Program-made: the position numbers and the translations under genes
The notes under the pieces: model-generated
What the model saw: only the letters and a program-made list of their open reading frames with translations
Told to the model about the DNA's origin: nothing
The model's database searches: none
In this document: piece after piece, positions 19,777-29,746 of the stretch
Numbering within the stretch: position 1 is the first letter of the stretch
Layout of the letters: the number at the start of each line of letters is the position of its first letter
From: Candidatus Nitrosotenuis sp.
GTDB taxonomy: Archaea; Thermoproteota; Nitrososphaeria; Nitrososphaerales; Nitrosopumilaceae
Reading direction: 5' to 3'
DNA length: 64,000 nt
Assembly: GCA_035559735.1 (NCBI GenBank)
Contig: DATMAS010000001.1
Coordinates: forward strand, 50,187-114,186

Positions 19777-21219
19777 TTAGTTTGTAAATGTCTCAACTGG
19801 TTTTTTTGGCAGTAATGGTAACGAGAATTCAAAAGTCGCTCCTCCATCCTTGTTGTTTCTAGCTGTTATTTTTCCACCATGCGCGTTGATTATACCATTG
19901 CACAAAAACAAGCCAAGGCCGTTCCCGCTCAGATTTTCTCGCTCGTGTCCCTTTGTGACAAATTTGCCAAAGATCTTTGGGAGTATGTCCTCTGGTATGC
20001 CAAGACCTGTATCACTTACAGATACAATTACCTCGCCTGATTTTTTATCCAAGACAGATTTTATTTTGATGGTGCCTTTTTCTGTAAATTTGATTGAATT
20101 ACCTATTAGGTTCCGTAAGACCTGCTCTATTCTAGTTCTGTCCAACTCGATTTCTACGTCTTCGTCGAGCTCTTCGATGATCCGAACATCCTTTGTGATT
20201 CCTGCCTTTAACATGGCCACGTTGTCTCGAATTAGTGAATTTAGGGAGGTTTTTTGCGGATACAATGTGAGGCGGTTGTTTTCTATTCGTGTCACATCCA
20301 GTATGTTTGTTGCCAAATCCTGCAATTTTTTTGCCAAGGTGGTGACTCCGTTCCACGCTTCTTTTTGATCTATGTCACCTGACTGCGCAAGCTCAGCAAA
20401 GCCAAAGATTGGCTGGATTGGGCTCTTTAGCTCATGGGAGGCAATGCTGATGAATTCGGTTTTCATTTTATCTAACTCTTGAAGTTTTTTGTTTGCATCG
20501 CGCAGCTCCTGAGTTTTTTCTTCAATCTCTTTTTTGAGGTCGTTATTTATCTGAGTGAAGAAATGTCTGAGCACAACTGAGATTATTCCTATGACTATTA
20601 TGATGCCTATTTGGATGCTCAGCCAACCCTGCTCATGCTCTTCGATTGCATTGATCGACTGTTCGTTGAATCTTTCGATTTCAAGGCTGGTTGATTCAAT
20701 TTTTGTTTGAATCTCTTCTTGTTTAGTTGTTATCTGCCTTAACAAAAACTCACTTTCTGGCGTAGTCCCAAGATATTCTCTGACTGATTCTTCAAGTTCA
20801 GTTTGACTTTGCTCTATGTTTGAAAACATCTGATGGATTAGTTTAAAATTGTTGCCGTCCTGATCTGTTGAAGCAATGTTGTAGCCAGTCTGTGTCAACT
20901 TCTTTGCTTGCAGTATGTTTGATTTTATGATAACATTGCTTGACCAGAATTCTTCTTTGGCTGCGTCGAGCTCTGTTTTGTCAAGCAATGGTGCTAACTG
21001 CAACTTCTCAAAACTGCTTACTTGGTTTGCGTGTTGGAACTTCATCTCGCCTAAGATGTTTTGAAGCGGCTTGTATTCTTCTGAAATCTTTATTATTTCG
21101 TTGCTGATCTTGGACATCTGATACGTTCCAAACAGAATAGTTACACCCAAAAGTAATATTATTATTCCAAACGTACCACTTAGCTTAAAGCTAGTCTTAC
21201 CAAACAACATAGTTACCAC
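19777..21219 (-). CDS. membrane sensor histidine kinase
   Basis: Two TM segments around a helical sensor; H-box SHELKSP, N-box NLIGNSIKF, DTGLG, GNGLGL. Confidence 0.93.
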   Translation of the reverse strand: MVTMLFGKTSFKLSGTFGIIILLLGVTILFGTYQMSKISNEIIKISEEYKPLQNILGEMKFQHANQVSSFEKLQLAPLLDKTELDAAKEEFWSSNVIIKSNILQAKKLTQTGYNIASTDQDGNNFKLIHQMFSNIEQSQTELEESVREYLGTTPESEFLLRQITTKQEEIQTKIESTSLEIERFNEQSINAIEEHEQGWLSIQIGIIIVIGIISVVLRHFFTQINNDLKKEIEEKTQELRDANKKLQELDKMKTEFISIASHELKSPIQPIFGFAELAQSGDIDQKEAWNGVTTLAKKLQDLATNILDVTRIENNRLTLYPQKTSLNSLIRDNVAMLKAGITKDVRIIEELDEDVEIELDRTRIEQVLRNLIGNSIKFTEKGTIKIKSVLDKKSGEVIVSVSDTGLGIPEDILPKIFGKFVTKGHERENLSGNGLGLFLCNGIINAHGGKITARNNKDGGATFEFSLPLLPKKPVETFTN

Positions 21220-21301
21220 TTGAAGTCAAAATGTCTCCATCACAATTGAATTTGAATAAACAATTCTTTCTGTGGGTGTCTGTCTGAATCGAACAGACTA
21301 C

Positions 21302-22291
21302 TTATGCTTTGTTTTCCGTTAGGTATCTGTCCACGTCTATTGCTGCCATACAGCCGTAGCCAGCCGCAGTAATTGCCTGCCTGTATCGGTGGTCGTGGAC
21401 ATCGCCTGCTGCAAAGACGCCTTCTACACTCGTCTTGGTATGTCCCTTTAAGACGATATAGCCTTGCGGATCAAGCTCAAGCTGTTTTTCAAAGATCTTT
21501 GTATTTGGGGTGTGTCCTATGGCAACAAATATTCCGCCTACGTCCAGTGTTGATTTTTCGCCACTAATTATGTCGCGCAATACTGCTTTTTGCACCTTTT
21601 GATCCCCGATGATGTCGACTACTTCACTATTCCAGTGGAACTCAATCTTTGGATTTGAAAATGCTCGTTCTTGCATCACTTTGCTTGCTCTGAGAGTGTC
21701 ACGCCTATGAACTAGGTGAACTTTGCTTGCAAATTTGGTAAGAAACGTTGCTTCTTCTATTGCCGAGTCTCCTCCACCAACTACGATTAGCTCTTGGTTT
21801 CTAAAGAAAGGACCATCGCAAGTAGCACAGTACGATACACCCTTGCCTCCAAATGTGGTCTCTCCTTGCAAACCGAGTTTTCTTGGAGACGCACCAGTAG
21901 CGACAATGACTGCCCTGCACTCGTATTCTTCTGATGCCGTAAGAATCTTGAACGGTTTATGTCTAAAGTCTACGTCAACTACCTCGTCGTCAATTATTGT
22001 AGCCCCCATCCTCTCTGTCTGTTTTCGCATAGTTATCATGAGATCAGGTCCCATTATACCGTTCTCAAAGCCTGGGTAGTTTTCAACCTCGGTCGTATTG
22101 ACAAGTTGGCCGCCAGGTAGTATTCCAGATAAGATCAAAGTGTCGTGCCTTGCACGAGAACAGTAAATTCCAGCAGTGTATCCGGCTGGGCCAGCGCCAA
22201 TAATTATGACATCGTACCGAGTCTTTTTTTTCTCGGATTTTGGAAACTCTTTTTCGATTACTACTGTGGAACCAGCAGCATCAGCCATCAT
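21302..22291 (-). CDS. trxB: thioredoxin-disulfide reductase
   Basis: GAGPAG, CATC active site, GGGDSA, FAAGDV. Confidence 0.96.
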   Translation of the reverse strand: MMADAAGSTVVIEKEFPKSEKKKTRYDVIIIGAGPAGYTAGIYCSRARHDTLILSGILPGGQLVNTTEVENYPGFENGIMGPDLMITMRKQTERMGATIIDDEVVDVDFRHKPFKILTASEEYECRAVIVATGASPRKLGLQGETTFGGKGVSYCATCDGPFFRNQELIVVGGGDSAIEEATFLTKFASKVHLVHRRDTLRASKVMQERAFSNPKIEFHWNSEVVDIIGDQKVQKAVLRDIISGEKSTLDVGGIFVAIGHTPNTKIFEKQLELDPQGYIVLKGHTKTSVEGVFAAGDVHDHRYRQAITAAGYGCMAAIDVDRYLTENKA

Positions 22292-22317
22292 ATTTGAGGC
22301 TAAACTTACTCAACAAT

Positions 22318-23091
22318 TTAAGTTAACCACTTGTCAAGAATGTTCTTATGTCTTTGACAGAGTTTTCCATATTCAATTTGTGAGTAAAGAAGATCGTGTT
22401 GCCAGTGCGCATTGTACAATCTGCAGTCTAGCTGCTCGCAAAATGGCTCGCCACTCAAATAATAAAACAATGCTTGGAGGCAATAACCTTCGACAACTCT
22501 CCCAAGACGGTGATCATGGTACTCCAAGTAGGCGCCCTGATATTTCTTCTTAATTGATTCTATGTTCAAACCCTGACCATAGTTTGCCATTAAATCAAGG
22601 TAGTATTGACGTGGCTTTGCGGGTGCCTCGATTATGCCAGTGGTGGAAATCACGGAAGGGTTTGATCCAATGAGGGCCCTCCCATGGTATCTGTAATCTA
22701 TCAAATCGAAAGTACAGGTGAGTTTGTTTGTAAATACAATGTGAAAGTTTTCTGAGCTTAGCTCATCTTTTGGTATCAAGGAATTGGTGATTCGCTGAAA
22801 TTCAAAACCATCATACAGAATTATGTTTTGATTCTTTGCTGTATTCGTAAATGACTCCATTTCAAATTTTATTTCTTCTTCAGTTGGAGCATGTGTTTCA
22901 AATGGTTTGTAAAAATCAAAGACTCGAATTGATGCAAGCTCACGCGCAACTGTCAAATGAGCCTCAAAAAAGATGTTTTTTCTTTTTTCGACTTTAATCT
23001 TAAAAGTTCTTTCTAAGAATTGTGCTAGCCCGTCTAGGTTTATCTCCGGAACTGATGGCTCGTCATAGAGAAATATCTTGGAGATCTTCAC
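22318..23091 (-). CDS. archaemetzincin-like/DUF6775-type putative metallopeptidase
   Basis: YHGRALI, STTGIIEAPA, C-terminal CxxxxC...LCxxH; no canonical HExxH. Confidence 0.6.
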   Translation of the reverse strand: MKISKIFLYDEPSVPEINLDGLAQFLERTFKIKVEKRKNIFFEAHLTVARELASIRVFDFYKPFETHAPTEEEIKFEMESFTNTAKNQNIILYDGFEFQRITNSLIPKDELSSENFHIVFTNKLTCTFDLIDYRYHGRALIGSNPSVISTTGIIEAPAKPRQYYLDLMANYGQGLNIESIKKKYQGAYLEYHDHRLGRVVEGYCLQALFYYLSGEPFCEQLDCRLYNAHWQHDLLYSQIEYGKLCQRHKNILDKWLT

Positions 23092-23097
23092 AAAGAA

Positions 23098-23916
23098 TTA
23101 ACTTCGATTTAGTTCTTTGAGCTTTGCGGCAGTCACTTCTGCTGCCCTTTTCCCTGAAAACAACATGGCGCCAAAAGTGGGACCCATTCTTGGCAAACCG
23201 TGAGTCTCAGTCACGGACATGCCAGCAATAACTAATCCTGGATAGATTTCACCAGTGTATTCTACTACCTTGTCTTCACTGTCTTCAACCCACATGGGAT
23301 TCATTCCTTTCCAGTCTACCAGCTTTCTGTCTACTAGTCTTTTTACAGCGACTGAATCGTGTCCAGATGCGTCTATTACCATCTTGGACTCTAATGCGAC
23401 AGGATCTACACAAGTAATGTTTCTTGGTAATGCTGCAACCGGCATCCAGTTGATGACAAGACCGGAAACTCGTCCGTACTTTAGAACCAAGTCATCAAAC
23501 TTGGTAAGATTAAGAAATTTAACGCCGGCGTCGCATGCCGCTGCAATGAGCTTTGATACCGCATGGGGGCCTGCAGTGATGTACAGGCCTTCTGAAACTT
23601 TCTTGTATGGAACACCAAGCTCATCCCATATTTTTTGCGCAGGCGCTCTAACCGTAACAGGATTCATCATGTAACCGCCCAGCCAGTAACCGCCACCAAG
23701 ATAGTTATTCTGCTCGATAATCAAAGTCTTGTAACCCATAAGTGAGAGCTCCCTTCCAGCTGTTAGTCCAGCTGGGCCAGCGCCAATAATTATGACATCT
23801 GATGTAATGCGTTCATTGAATACAGAGAAAAACTCATCAGCTATTGCACGTGTTATCTGAGCTTCTCCAACATCTGCAAAAATTTTCGTCTTTTCTTTTA
23901 CTGAGGCACTCTGCAT
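23098..23916 (-). CDS. thi4: thiazole synthase Thi4 (Cys type)
   Basis: GAGPAG, GGG.WLGG, TCVDP, DASGHD, PRMGPTFGAM. Confidence 0.94.
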   Translation of the reverse strand: MQSASVKEKTKIFADVGEAQITRAIADEFFSVFNERITSDVIIIGAGPAGLTAGRELSLMGYKTLIIEQNNYLGGGYWLGGYMMNPVTVRAPAQKIWDELGVPYKKVSEGLYITAGPHAVSKLIAAACDAGVKFLNLTKFDDLVLKYGRVSGLVINWMPVAALPRNITCVDPVALESKMVIDASGHDSVAVKRLVDRKLVDWKGMNPMWVEDSEDKVVEYTGEIYPGLVIAGMSVTETHGLPRMGPTFGAMLFSGKRAAEVTAAKLKELNRS

Positions 23917-24115
23917 ACATCTAGGCTTTGATAGAACACATTAATAGTTTATCGTCAAAAATGACTGCTTTGCACACCGACCTGTCAATCAAATTGGCTA
24001 GGGTTAGGTAACACTAATGTGCAAAAATGAAGCGGAAAATTACTGCACTTGTTTTTGATATCTCAACGAAAATACCTTTTTTCAAAAATTTATATCCGAA
24101 TTTAAGAGAAGTTAT

Positions 24116-25921
24116 TTGAATTTGAGCGTTATAACAAAGCCTCCAAAGGAGAGTAGGATGCCTAAAGTAAATTGGGCACGCCTCGAGGAGGCAGAAAATT
24201 TCGCAAAAACCGTCAAACTGTTCAGACAAGGCAAAATCGACGCCGATTCGTTTAGAAGATTCAGACTGCAACACGGTGCGTATGGAACTAGGATGACTGA
24301 TGATTATGCGATGGTCAGAATCAAGATTCCAGCAGGGGAGATTTATCCACATCAGCTTGAAAAAATTGCACAGCTGAGCGAGGCCTTCTCAATTGGAAGC
24401 GCACATGTGTCAACCAGACAGAACATACAACTTCATTGGGTGGTACTCGAAGATGTTTCTGAAATAATCCGCGGACTGGCCGAAGTCGGCCTTACATCAA
24501 GGGAAGCATGCGGAAACACCGTAAGAAACGTAATGTGCAGTCCACTGTCTGGAGTATGTCAAGAAGAAGAATTTGATGCAACACCGTATGCAGTTGCAAC
24601 GGCCAAATTTCTGCTAAGAAACCCGATGAATCAAGCGCTGCCGCGAAAATTCAAGTTCAACTTTACTTGCTGTGAAAAACACGGAATGGTCAGAATGACA
24701 GATGTGGGATTAATTCCACAAACACGAACAATAAACGGAAATCTACAGCGTGGTTTTAAAGTATTTTTGGGAGGTGGACTTGGAAACAAATCTTTTGTAG
24801 GCCACCAACTAGAAGACTTCACACCAGAAGAGGATCTTTTGTATACGTCCATTGCAGTACTTCGAATCTTTGACCGACTAGGAGACAGAAAGAACATGGC
24901 GCGCAACAGAATGAGGTATTTAGTTGATCAGATGGGGTGGGAACCATTTCAAAATCTCGTCTTAAAGGAACGTGCAATAGTAAGAGCAACGCAATCAGTT
25001 GTCATCACACTTGATGTGGATGCCCCGCAAAAACCCACTGCTCCGCTTAGAGTTACCGGATTTGATACAAAATCTATACAGGATGGATTTTCTAGATGGA
25101 GAAAAAATAACACATTCAAGCAAAAACAGGAAGGCTACTATTCCGTGTCGCTCACGCTTGAGGCAGGAGACATCACTGCAAGCCAACTTAGGGCGTTGGC
25201 AGACATATGCAGGGATTTCTCAGAAGAAGGCTATGCGAGGACTGGATTTGCACAAGACGTGGTGATACGTTGGGTGCGTGAGTCCGATCTTCCAAAGCTT
25301 TATTCAAAATTGCTTGAAGTGGGTCTTGCAAACCCTGGCTCACTTACGATGGCGCATCCAATTGGATGCTCTGGAACAACATCGTGCAACTTGGCTCTTA
25401 CGAACTCACACAGGCTGGCAAAGGAGATTCAAAGAAAATTCATTGAACTAAAACTTGACGAAGACGACGATCTAAGAGATTCTACAATCAAAATAAGCGG
25501 ATGTCCAAACTCATGTGGCCAACACGAGATTGCCACAGTTGGATTTTACGGTGGCGGAGGAAGAAACGGCAAAGACATGTATCCAATTTATCAAATGTCG
25601 CTTGGAGGAAGGGCTGATGGTGAGACAATGCTTGGTGTAAACGTACTTAGAATCCCAGCAAAGAGGGTGATGCCTGCGATCTTGAAGCTGATTGAGACAT
25701 TCAAAGCAGACAAAAAGCAAGGTGATACGCTAAAGTCTTGGATTCACAAAATAGTGACAGGACATAGTGATTCTCAAATCAAATCTATTGATGATATTAA
25801 AAAAATTCTCTTGCCATTCACTGTGGCGCCGTCTATTACAGATGACAAGGATTTCTATGCGGATTACGGAAGCGACTCTCATTATCACACAAGGACTGGC
25901 AAGGGTGAATGTGCTGCTTGA
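24116..25921 (+). CDS. sir: ferredoxin-dependent sulfite/nitrite reductase (siroheme, 4Fe-4S)
   Basis: TRQNIQ, LPRKFK, CSGTTSC and SGCPNSCG cluster ligands, C-terminal GECAA; start may be 24122 or 24158. Confidence 0.88.
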   Translation: MNLSVITKPPKESRMPKVNWARLEEAENFAKTVKLFRQGKIDADSFRRFRLQHGAYGTRMTDDYAMVRIKIPAGEIYPHQLEKIAQLSEAFSIGSAHVSTRQNIQLHWVVLEDVSEIIRGLAEVGLTSREACGNTVRNVMCSPLSGVCQEEEFDATPYAVATAKFLLRNPMNQALPRKFKFNFTCCEKHGMVRMTDVGLIPQTRTINGNLQRGFKVFLGGGLGNKSFVGHQLEDFTPEEDLLYTSIAVLRIFDRLGDRKNMARNRMRYLVDQMGWEPFQNLVLKERAIVRATQSVVITLDVDAPQKPTAPLRVTGFDTKSIQDGFSRWRKNNTFKQKQEGYYSVSLTLEAGDITASQLRALADICRDFSEEGYARTGFAQDVVIRWVRESDLPKLYSKLLEVGLANPGSLTMAHPIGCSGTTSCNLALTNSHRLAKEIQRKFIELKLDEDDDLRDSTIKISGCPNSCGQHEIATVGFYGGGGRNGKDMYPIYQMSLGGRADGETMLGVNVLRIPAKRVMPAILKLIETFKADKKQGDTLKSWIHKIVTGHSDSQIKSIDDIKKILLPFTVAPSITDDKDFYADYGSDSHYHTRTGKGECAA

Positions 25922-26721
25922 GCAAAGAAAAAACAATCAGAATAACAGTAGATCCAGACACACTCAGGTCAGAGTTGAGGGACAATAGCGTACGCGTAAT
26001 CGACGTGCGACGGCAGGAAGACTACAAAAAAGACCACATCCCAAAGTCAGTCAATCTTCCACTTGCAGAATTATTGGCAGACGACAGCCCAGAAAAGGTG
26101 CTAAAAATTACCCAATCACTTGGAATCGATGACGAAACGCCAGTAGTAGTATATGATGACACATTTGGAGCACTTGCATCGAGGGTCGCTTGGACCTTGC
26201 AGTATCTTGGCCACGCTGATGTGTCATTACTTGATACCACGTATAGTCAGTGGAAATCACTTGGTCTTGAAACTGACACCAAAGAAACAACGGTAAGCTC
26301 AAAAACACATTCTGTACACCTCAAGCCTGAGATTCTGGCAACTGTGGACTATCTTGAAAAGATAAAGGATTCAAAAAGCGTAACTTTGATTGATAATCGA
26401 GAGCGACTCAATTATTTGGAGCAGCACATACCTGGCGCAATCAACATACCATACAGGACACTTGCATCAGAAGACAAGATTCTGAGGCCAAAAGATGATC
26501 TGAAAAGGCTGCTGAAAAACCGTGGTGTCAACGAGGACTCGGAAATAATCACGTACTGTGGTAGCGTTGGAACACTTTCAGGACTTGCTTACTATGCGCT
26601 AAAATCCGCCGATTACCCAAATGTCAAACTTTATGTCCGCTCCTTTAAGGAATGGAAAGGATTGAACAAGCCAACAGTGAAACAAGAAAACGCAAACTAC
26701 TGGGATCTTTCAGCAGAATAG
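25918..26721 (+). CDS. tandem rhodanese sulfurtransferase
   Basis: Two IDVR/IDNR...HIP repeats, active-site YCGSVG; TTG start overlaps sir stop. Confidence 0.9.
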   Translation: MSKEKTIRITVDPDTLRSELRDNSVRVIDVRRQEDYKKDHIPKSVNLPLAELLADDSPEKVLKITQSLGIDDETPVVVYDDTFGALASRVAWTLQYLGHADVSLLDTTYSQWKSLGLETDTKETTVSSKTHSVHLKPEILATVDYLEKIKDSKSVTLIDNRERLNYLEQHIPGAINIPYRTLASEDKILRPKDDLKRLLKNRGVNEDSEIITYCGSVGTLSGLAYYALKSADYPNVKLYVRSFKEWKGLNKPTVKQENANYWDLSAE

Positions 26722-26723
26722 AG

Positions 26724-27812
26724 TTATTTCCCTCTGAGTTTCTTTGTCACTGTAATTTCTAGGTTGTCAAAAAGATCTAGAATCTTCGCTTTGTTTTCTT
26801 TGAGATAGTCGATTCCTTTGTCTTCCAGCCTTACCTTGTACAGCCTTATCTCTCTGTGGTCTTCCAGAAATTGTTCAATCATCATGCTGCCAAGCTTGTC
26901 TGCATCAATGAATGTGTCGAAACTTGAGATGATTTTTTCTACATCTTCTTGCTCTATTGCAAGCTTTGTGGTCTGTATGGCATCACTGATTTCTTTGAGA
27001 CTCTTAATTGAGCTTGGAAGTTTTTTGGTAGGTCCAATGAGGCTGCGTTTTTCCACACCAACTTTGCTAGCAAGTTCTGGCTCTATGTCATAAGTGTCGA
27101 TTTTGTTGAGTCCCTGTCTTTTTTCGTTTCTTACGATAAGTCCTTTCGCAATTAATTTTTTGAGAGCGTCTTCGACTTCGGCCTTGCTGATAAATGTGGT
27201 CCAAACTATTGCGCCGACTGTGTGGTATCCCTGTCTGACTGATTCCAGAACCACAACCTCTACTATTCGGCGGAATCCTTCTTCGATTCTCACATTCATA
27301 AAGTCCTTGTCCTTGACTGCACGTTTTGCGTTTTTTACATCGATTTCGATTGAACGCTTTAATGCTTCAAGTGCTTGCGGAACCTCGTTTAGTAAAGACA
27401 GGTAACAGGCTTTGTTATACCAAGCCATGCCAAAGGTGGGGTCTGATTCGATTGATTTTTCAACACAATCTAGCGCCTTTGCATAATTTTTTTGTTGGTA
27501 GTGGACAAGAGATTTTAGATTCCACGCTTCAGAATTTGCAACGTCTATGTCGAGTACACGATCATAGGCCTGTAACGCACCTGCATAATCGTCTAAGTGA
27601 AACTTGGAGTAGCCAAGTTTCAAGAGTGCATCTACGTTTTGAGGATCTAATCTTAACACCTGTTCAAAAACTCTTACTGCGTCCTCGAGGCGTTCGTCTG
27701 CCATGAGGTGGATGCCTTTCTTTATTAGCTTGTTTTTTTGATAGTCTGCCTTGACCAGTGAAGTCTCTTTCTCGTCGACTGGTTTTGGAAGGTTCTTTTC
27801 AGGTGCCTTCAT
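26724..27812 (-). CDS. TPR protein with probable central winged-helix domain
   Basis: About four TPRs (AWNLK, AWYNKAC) then HTVGAIVWTTFISKAEVEDALKKLIAKGLI, a wHTH-like pattern. Confidence 0.8.
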   Translation of the reverse strand: MKAPEKNLPKPVDEKETSLVKADYQKNKLIKKGIHLMADERLEDAVRVFEQVLRLDPQNVDALLKLGYSKFHLDDYAGALQAYDRVLDIDVANSEAWNLKSLVHYQQKNYAKALDCVEKSIESDPTFGMAWYNKACYLSLLNEVPQALEALKRSIEIDVKNAKRAVKDKDFMNVRIEEGFRRIVEVVVLESVRQGYHTVGAIVWTTFISKAEVEDALKKLIAKGLIVRNEKRQGLNKIDTYDIEPELASKVGVEKRSLIGPTKKLPSSIKSLKEISDAIQTTKLAIEQEDVEKIISSFDTFIDADKLGSMMIEQFLEDHREIRLYKVRLEDKGIDYLKENKAKILDLFDNLEITVTKKLRGK

Positions 27813-27903
27813 TTACAAAATTTGGGTTTTCTTTTGAATAAATACTATTCCTGATCATTTAGTAGCGATAAAACCGAATGAAAGATAGAAAATACAAAAA
27901 TAC

Positions 27904-29376
27904 TTGCATATTACAACCTGTTTATTGCCTAACGAGACAAAAAAATTAGAGATTTCAGGCACAGCACCATTTAAGCAATCCGGCGTCTATGAAGTGCAGA
28001 TTTCGATCTGTGAGACAAAACCTTCTACTGAAGAGATAGTCGCAAAAAAATTCCAGTTCGTGTGGCAAGAAAGCTTCCATCTGCACGTAAAAGACGGCAA
28101 GTTTTCGCAAACTATTGGCAGCGACACAAATCCGATACCTGAGCTAGTGTTTAACCTGCCGTCGATCTGGGTGATAGTAAGAGACCAGTTTTCTGCTTTA
28201 CATTCTGTTTTTGAGGTTCAAATAAGTGGAATTCCAGAGGAACTACCAGTTAGAACAAAAAAACAAAAAGAGCCACAAATCGAAGAACCTCCTCATTACG
28301 AAACCCAATATTCATTAAAGGGTGAACGAGGCCCACGCGGCCCACCGGGAGACAAAGGCCCTCCAGGACCACAAGGCCCACCGGGCGATAAAGGAGACAA
28401 AGGAGACAAGGGCCCTCCAGGCCCACCGGGCGATAAAGGAGACAAGGGCCCTCCAGGCCCACCGGGCGATAAAGGAGACAAAGGCCCAACAGGCCCACCG
28501 GGAGACAAAGGAGACAAAGGAATCCAAGGCCCACCTGGCGATAAAGGAGACAAAGGCGACAAAGGACTTACTGGCGATAAAGGAGACAAAGGAGACAAAG
28601 GTCCTCCAGGTGAAAAAGGTGAAAAGGGTGACAAGGGACTTACAGGCGACAAAGGCGACAAAGGCCCTCCAGGCCCACCGGGCGACAAAGGCCCAACAGG
28701 TCCAGTCGGTTCCCCGGGCGACAAAGGCCCAACAGGTCCACCAGGATCTCCAGGTGACAAGGGAATTCAAGGCCCAATTGGAGAGCGAGGCCCACGCGGC
28801 CCACAAGGTCCAATGGGCGACAAAGGCCCACAAGGCCCAATTGGTCCGCCTGGCGACAAAGGCCCACGCGGCCCACAAGGTGAGGTTGGCGACAAAGGCC
28901 CACAAGGCCCACAAGGTCCACCTGGCGAAAAAGGTCTCACGGGAGTTCCAGGCCCACAAGGAGAGCGAGGCCCACGCGGCCCACAAGGTCCACCTGGCGA
29001 AAAAGGTCTAACCGGTCCACAAGGCCCACCAGGTGACAAAGGCCCCCCAGGCCCACAAGGCCCACAAGGCGAACAAGGTCCACAAGGGCTGCCAGGTGAA
29101 AAAGGCCCACAAGGCCCACAAGGTATTCAGGGCCCACAAGGAGAACGAGGTCCACTAGGCCCACGCGGCCCACCAGGTGACAAAGGCCCTCCAGGCCCAC
29201 AAGGTCCACCTGGCGACAAAGGCCCACGCGGCCCTCCAGGCCCACCAGGCCCCCCGGGTACTACAGGAATGTCAGATGAGCAAAAAGCACTCTTTAGAGA
29301 ACTTCTGGAGGTACTCACTGCAAAGAATATCATCTCTACGGAAGAACAAATAAAACTGATGAGCTACTTGTACTAA
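27904..29376 (+). CDS. collagen-like protein
   Basis: About 105 uninterrupted Gly-X-Y triplets (28321-29265) between N- and C-terminal globular parts. Confidence 0.93.
   Translation: MHITTCLLPNETKKLEISGTAPFKQSGVYEVQISICETKPSTEEIVAKKFQFVWQESFHLHVKDGKFSQTIGSDTNPIPELVFNLPSIWVIVRDQFSALHSVFEVQISGIPEELPVRTKKQKEPQIEEPPHYETQYSLKGERGPRGPPGDKGPPGPQGPPGDKGDKGDKGPPGPPGDKGDKGPPGPPGDKGDKGPTGPPGDKGDKGIQGPPGDKGDKGDKGLTGDKGDKGDKGPPGEKGEKGDKGLTGDKGDKGPPGPPGDKGPTGPVGSPGDKGPTGPPGSPGDKGIQGPIGERGPRGPQGPMGDKGPQGPIGPPGDKGPRGPQGEVGDKGPQGPQGPPGEKGLTGVPGPQGERGPRGPQGPPGEKGLTGPQGPPGDKGPPGPQGPQGEQGPQGLPGEKGPQGPQGIQGPQGERGPLGPRGPPGDKGPPGPQGPPGDKGPRGPPGPPGPPGTTGMSDEQKALFRELLEVLTAKNIISTEEQIKLMSYLY
28321..29265 (+). repeat. 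9-bp-period Gly-X-Y coding repeat
   Basis: Recurrent GGCCCACAA, GGAGACAAA, GGCCCACCG units. Confidence 0.95.
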
Positions 29377-29398
29377 ATGCCTATTTGGAGCAAGTAAA

Positions 29399-29680
29399 TT
29401 GAGTGAATCAAAAAACAAGATTGAATTCAAAATGTTAGATTATGAGCGTGTAGGCAATGATTTTGTGGCCTTTAAGCTTGAGGATGGTGCTCTAGTAAAA
29501 GTAAAAGTTGACCTAGATAGGGTGGGAATTGCTACAAATCACAAAAACCCAGATGGGACACCTCATTACGCAATAAACACATCAGTAAAAATCACCGTGA
29601 TTCCAAGCGATAGGACGTTTTCTGTTGAAAAGGGAATAAAAGATAAGCAATCAAAACCACCAGGCCAGATGTTTAGTTAG
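29399..29680 (+). CDS. hypothetical protein (beta-rich, 93 aa)
   Basis: ORF track; directly follows the collagen gene. Confidence 0.7.
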   Translation: MSESKNKIEFKMLDYERVGNDFVAFKLEDGALVKVKVDLDRVGIATNHKNPDGTPHYAINTSVKITVIPSDRTFSVEKGIKDKQSKPPGQMFS

Positions 29681-29746
29681 AAATCCAATGAAAAATAATA
29701 AAATTGCGTCAATCGAAATTGACGAATTTTGACGATCCTAGTTGAT

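Noticed and set aside
23917-24115. TPP riboswitch upstream of thi4
   Set aside because: Conserved CUGAGA/AUACCUG core not found
28250-29333. Several long overlapping ORFs on other frames and strands
   Set aside because: Shadows of the stop-poor 9-bp collagen repeat
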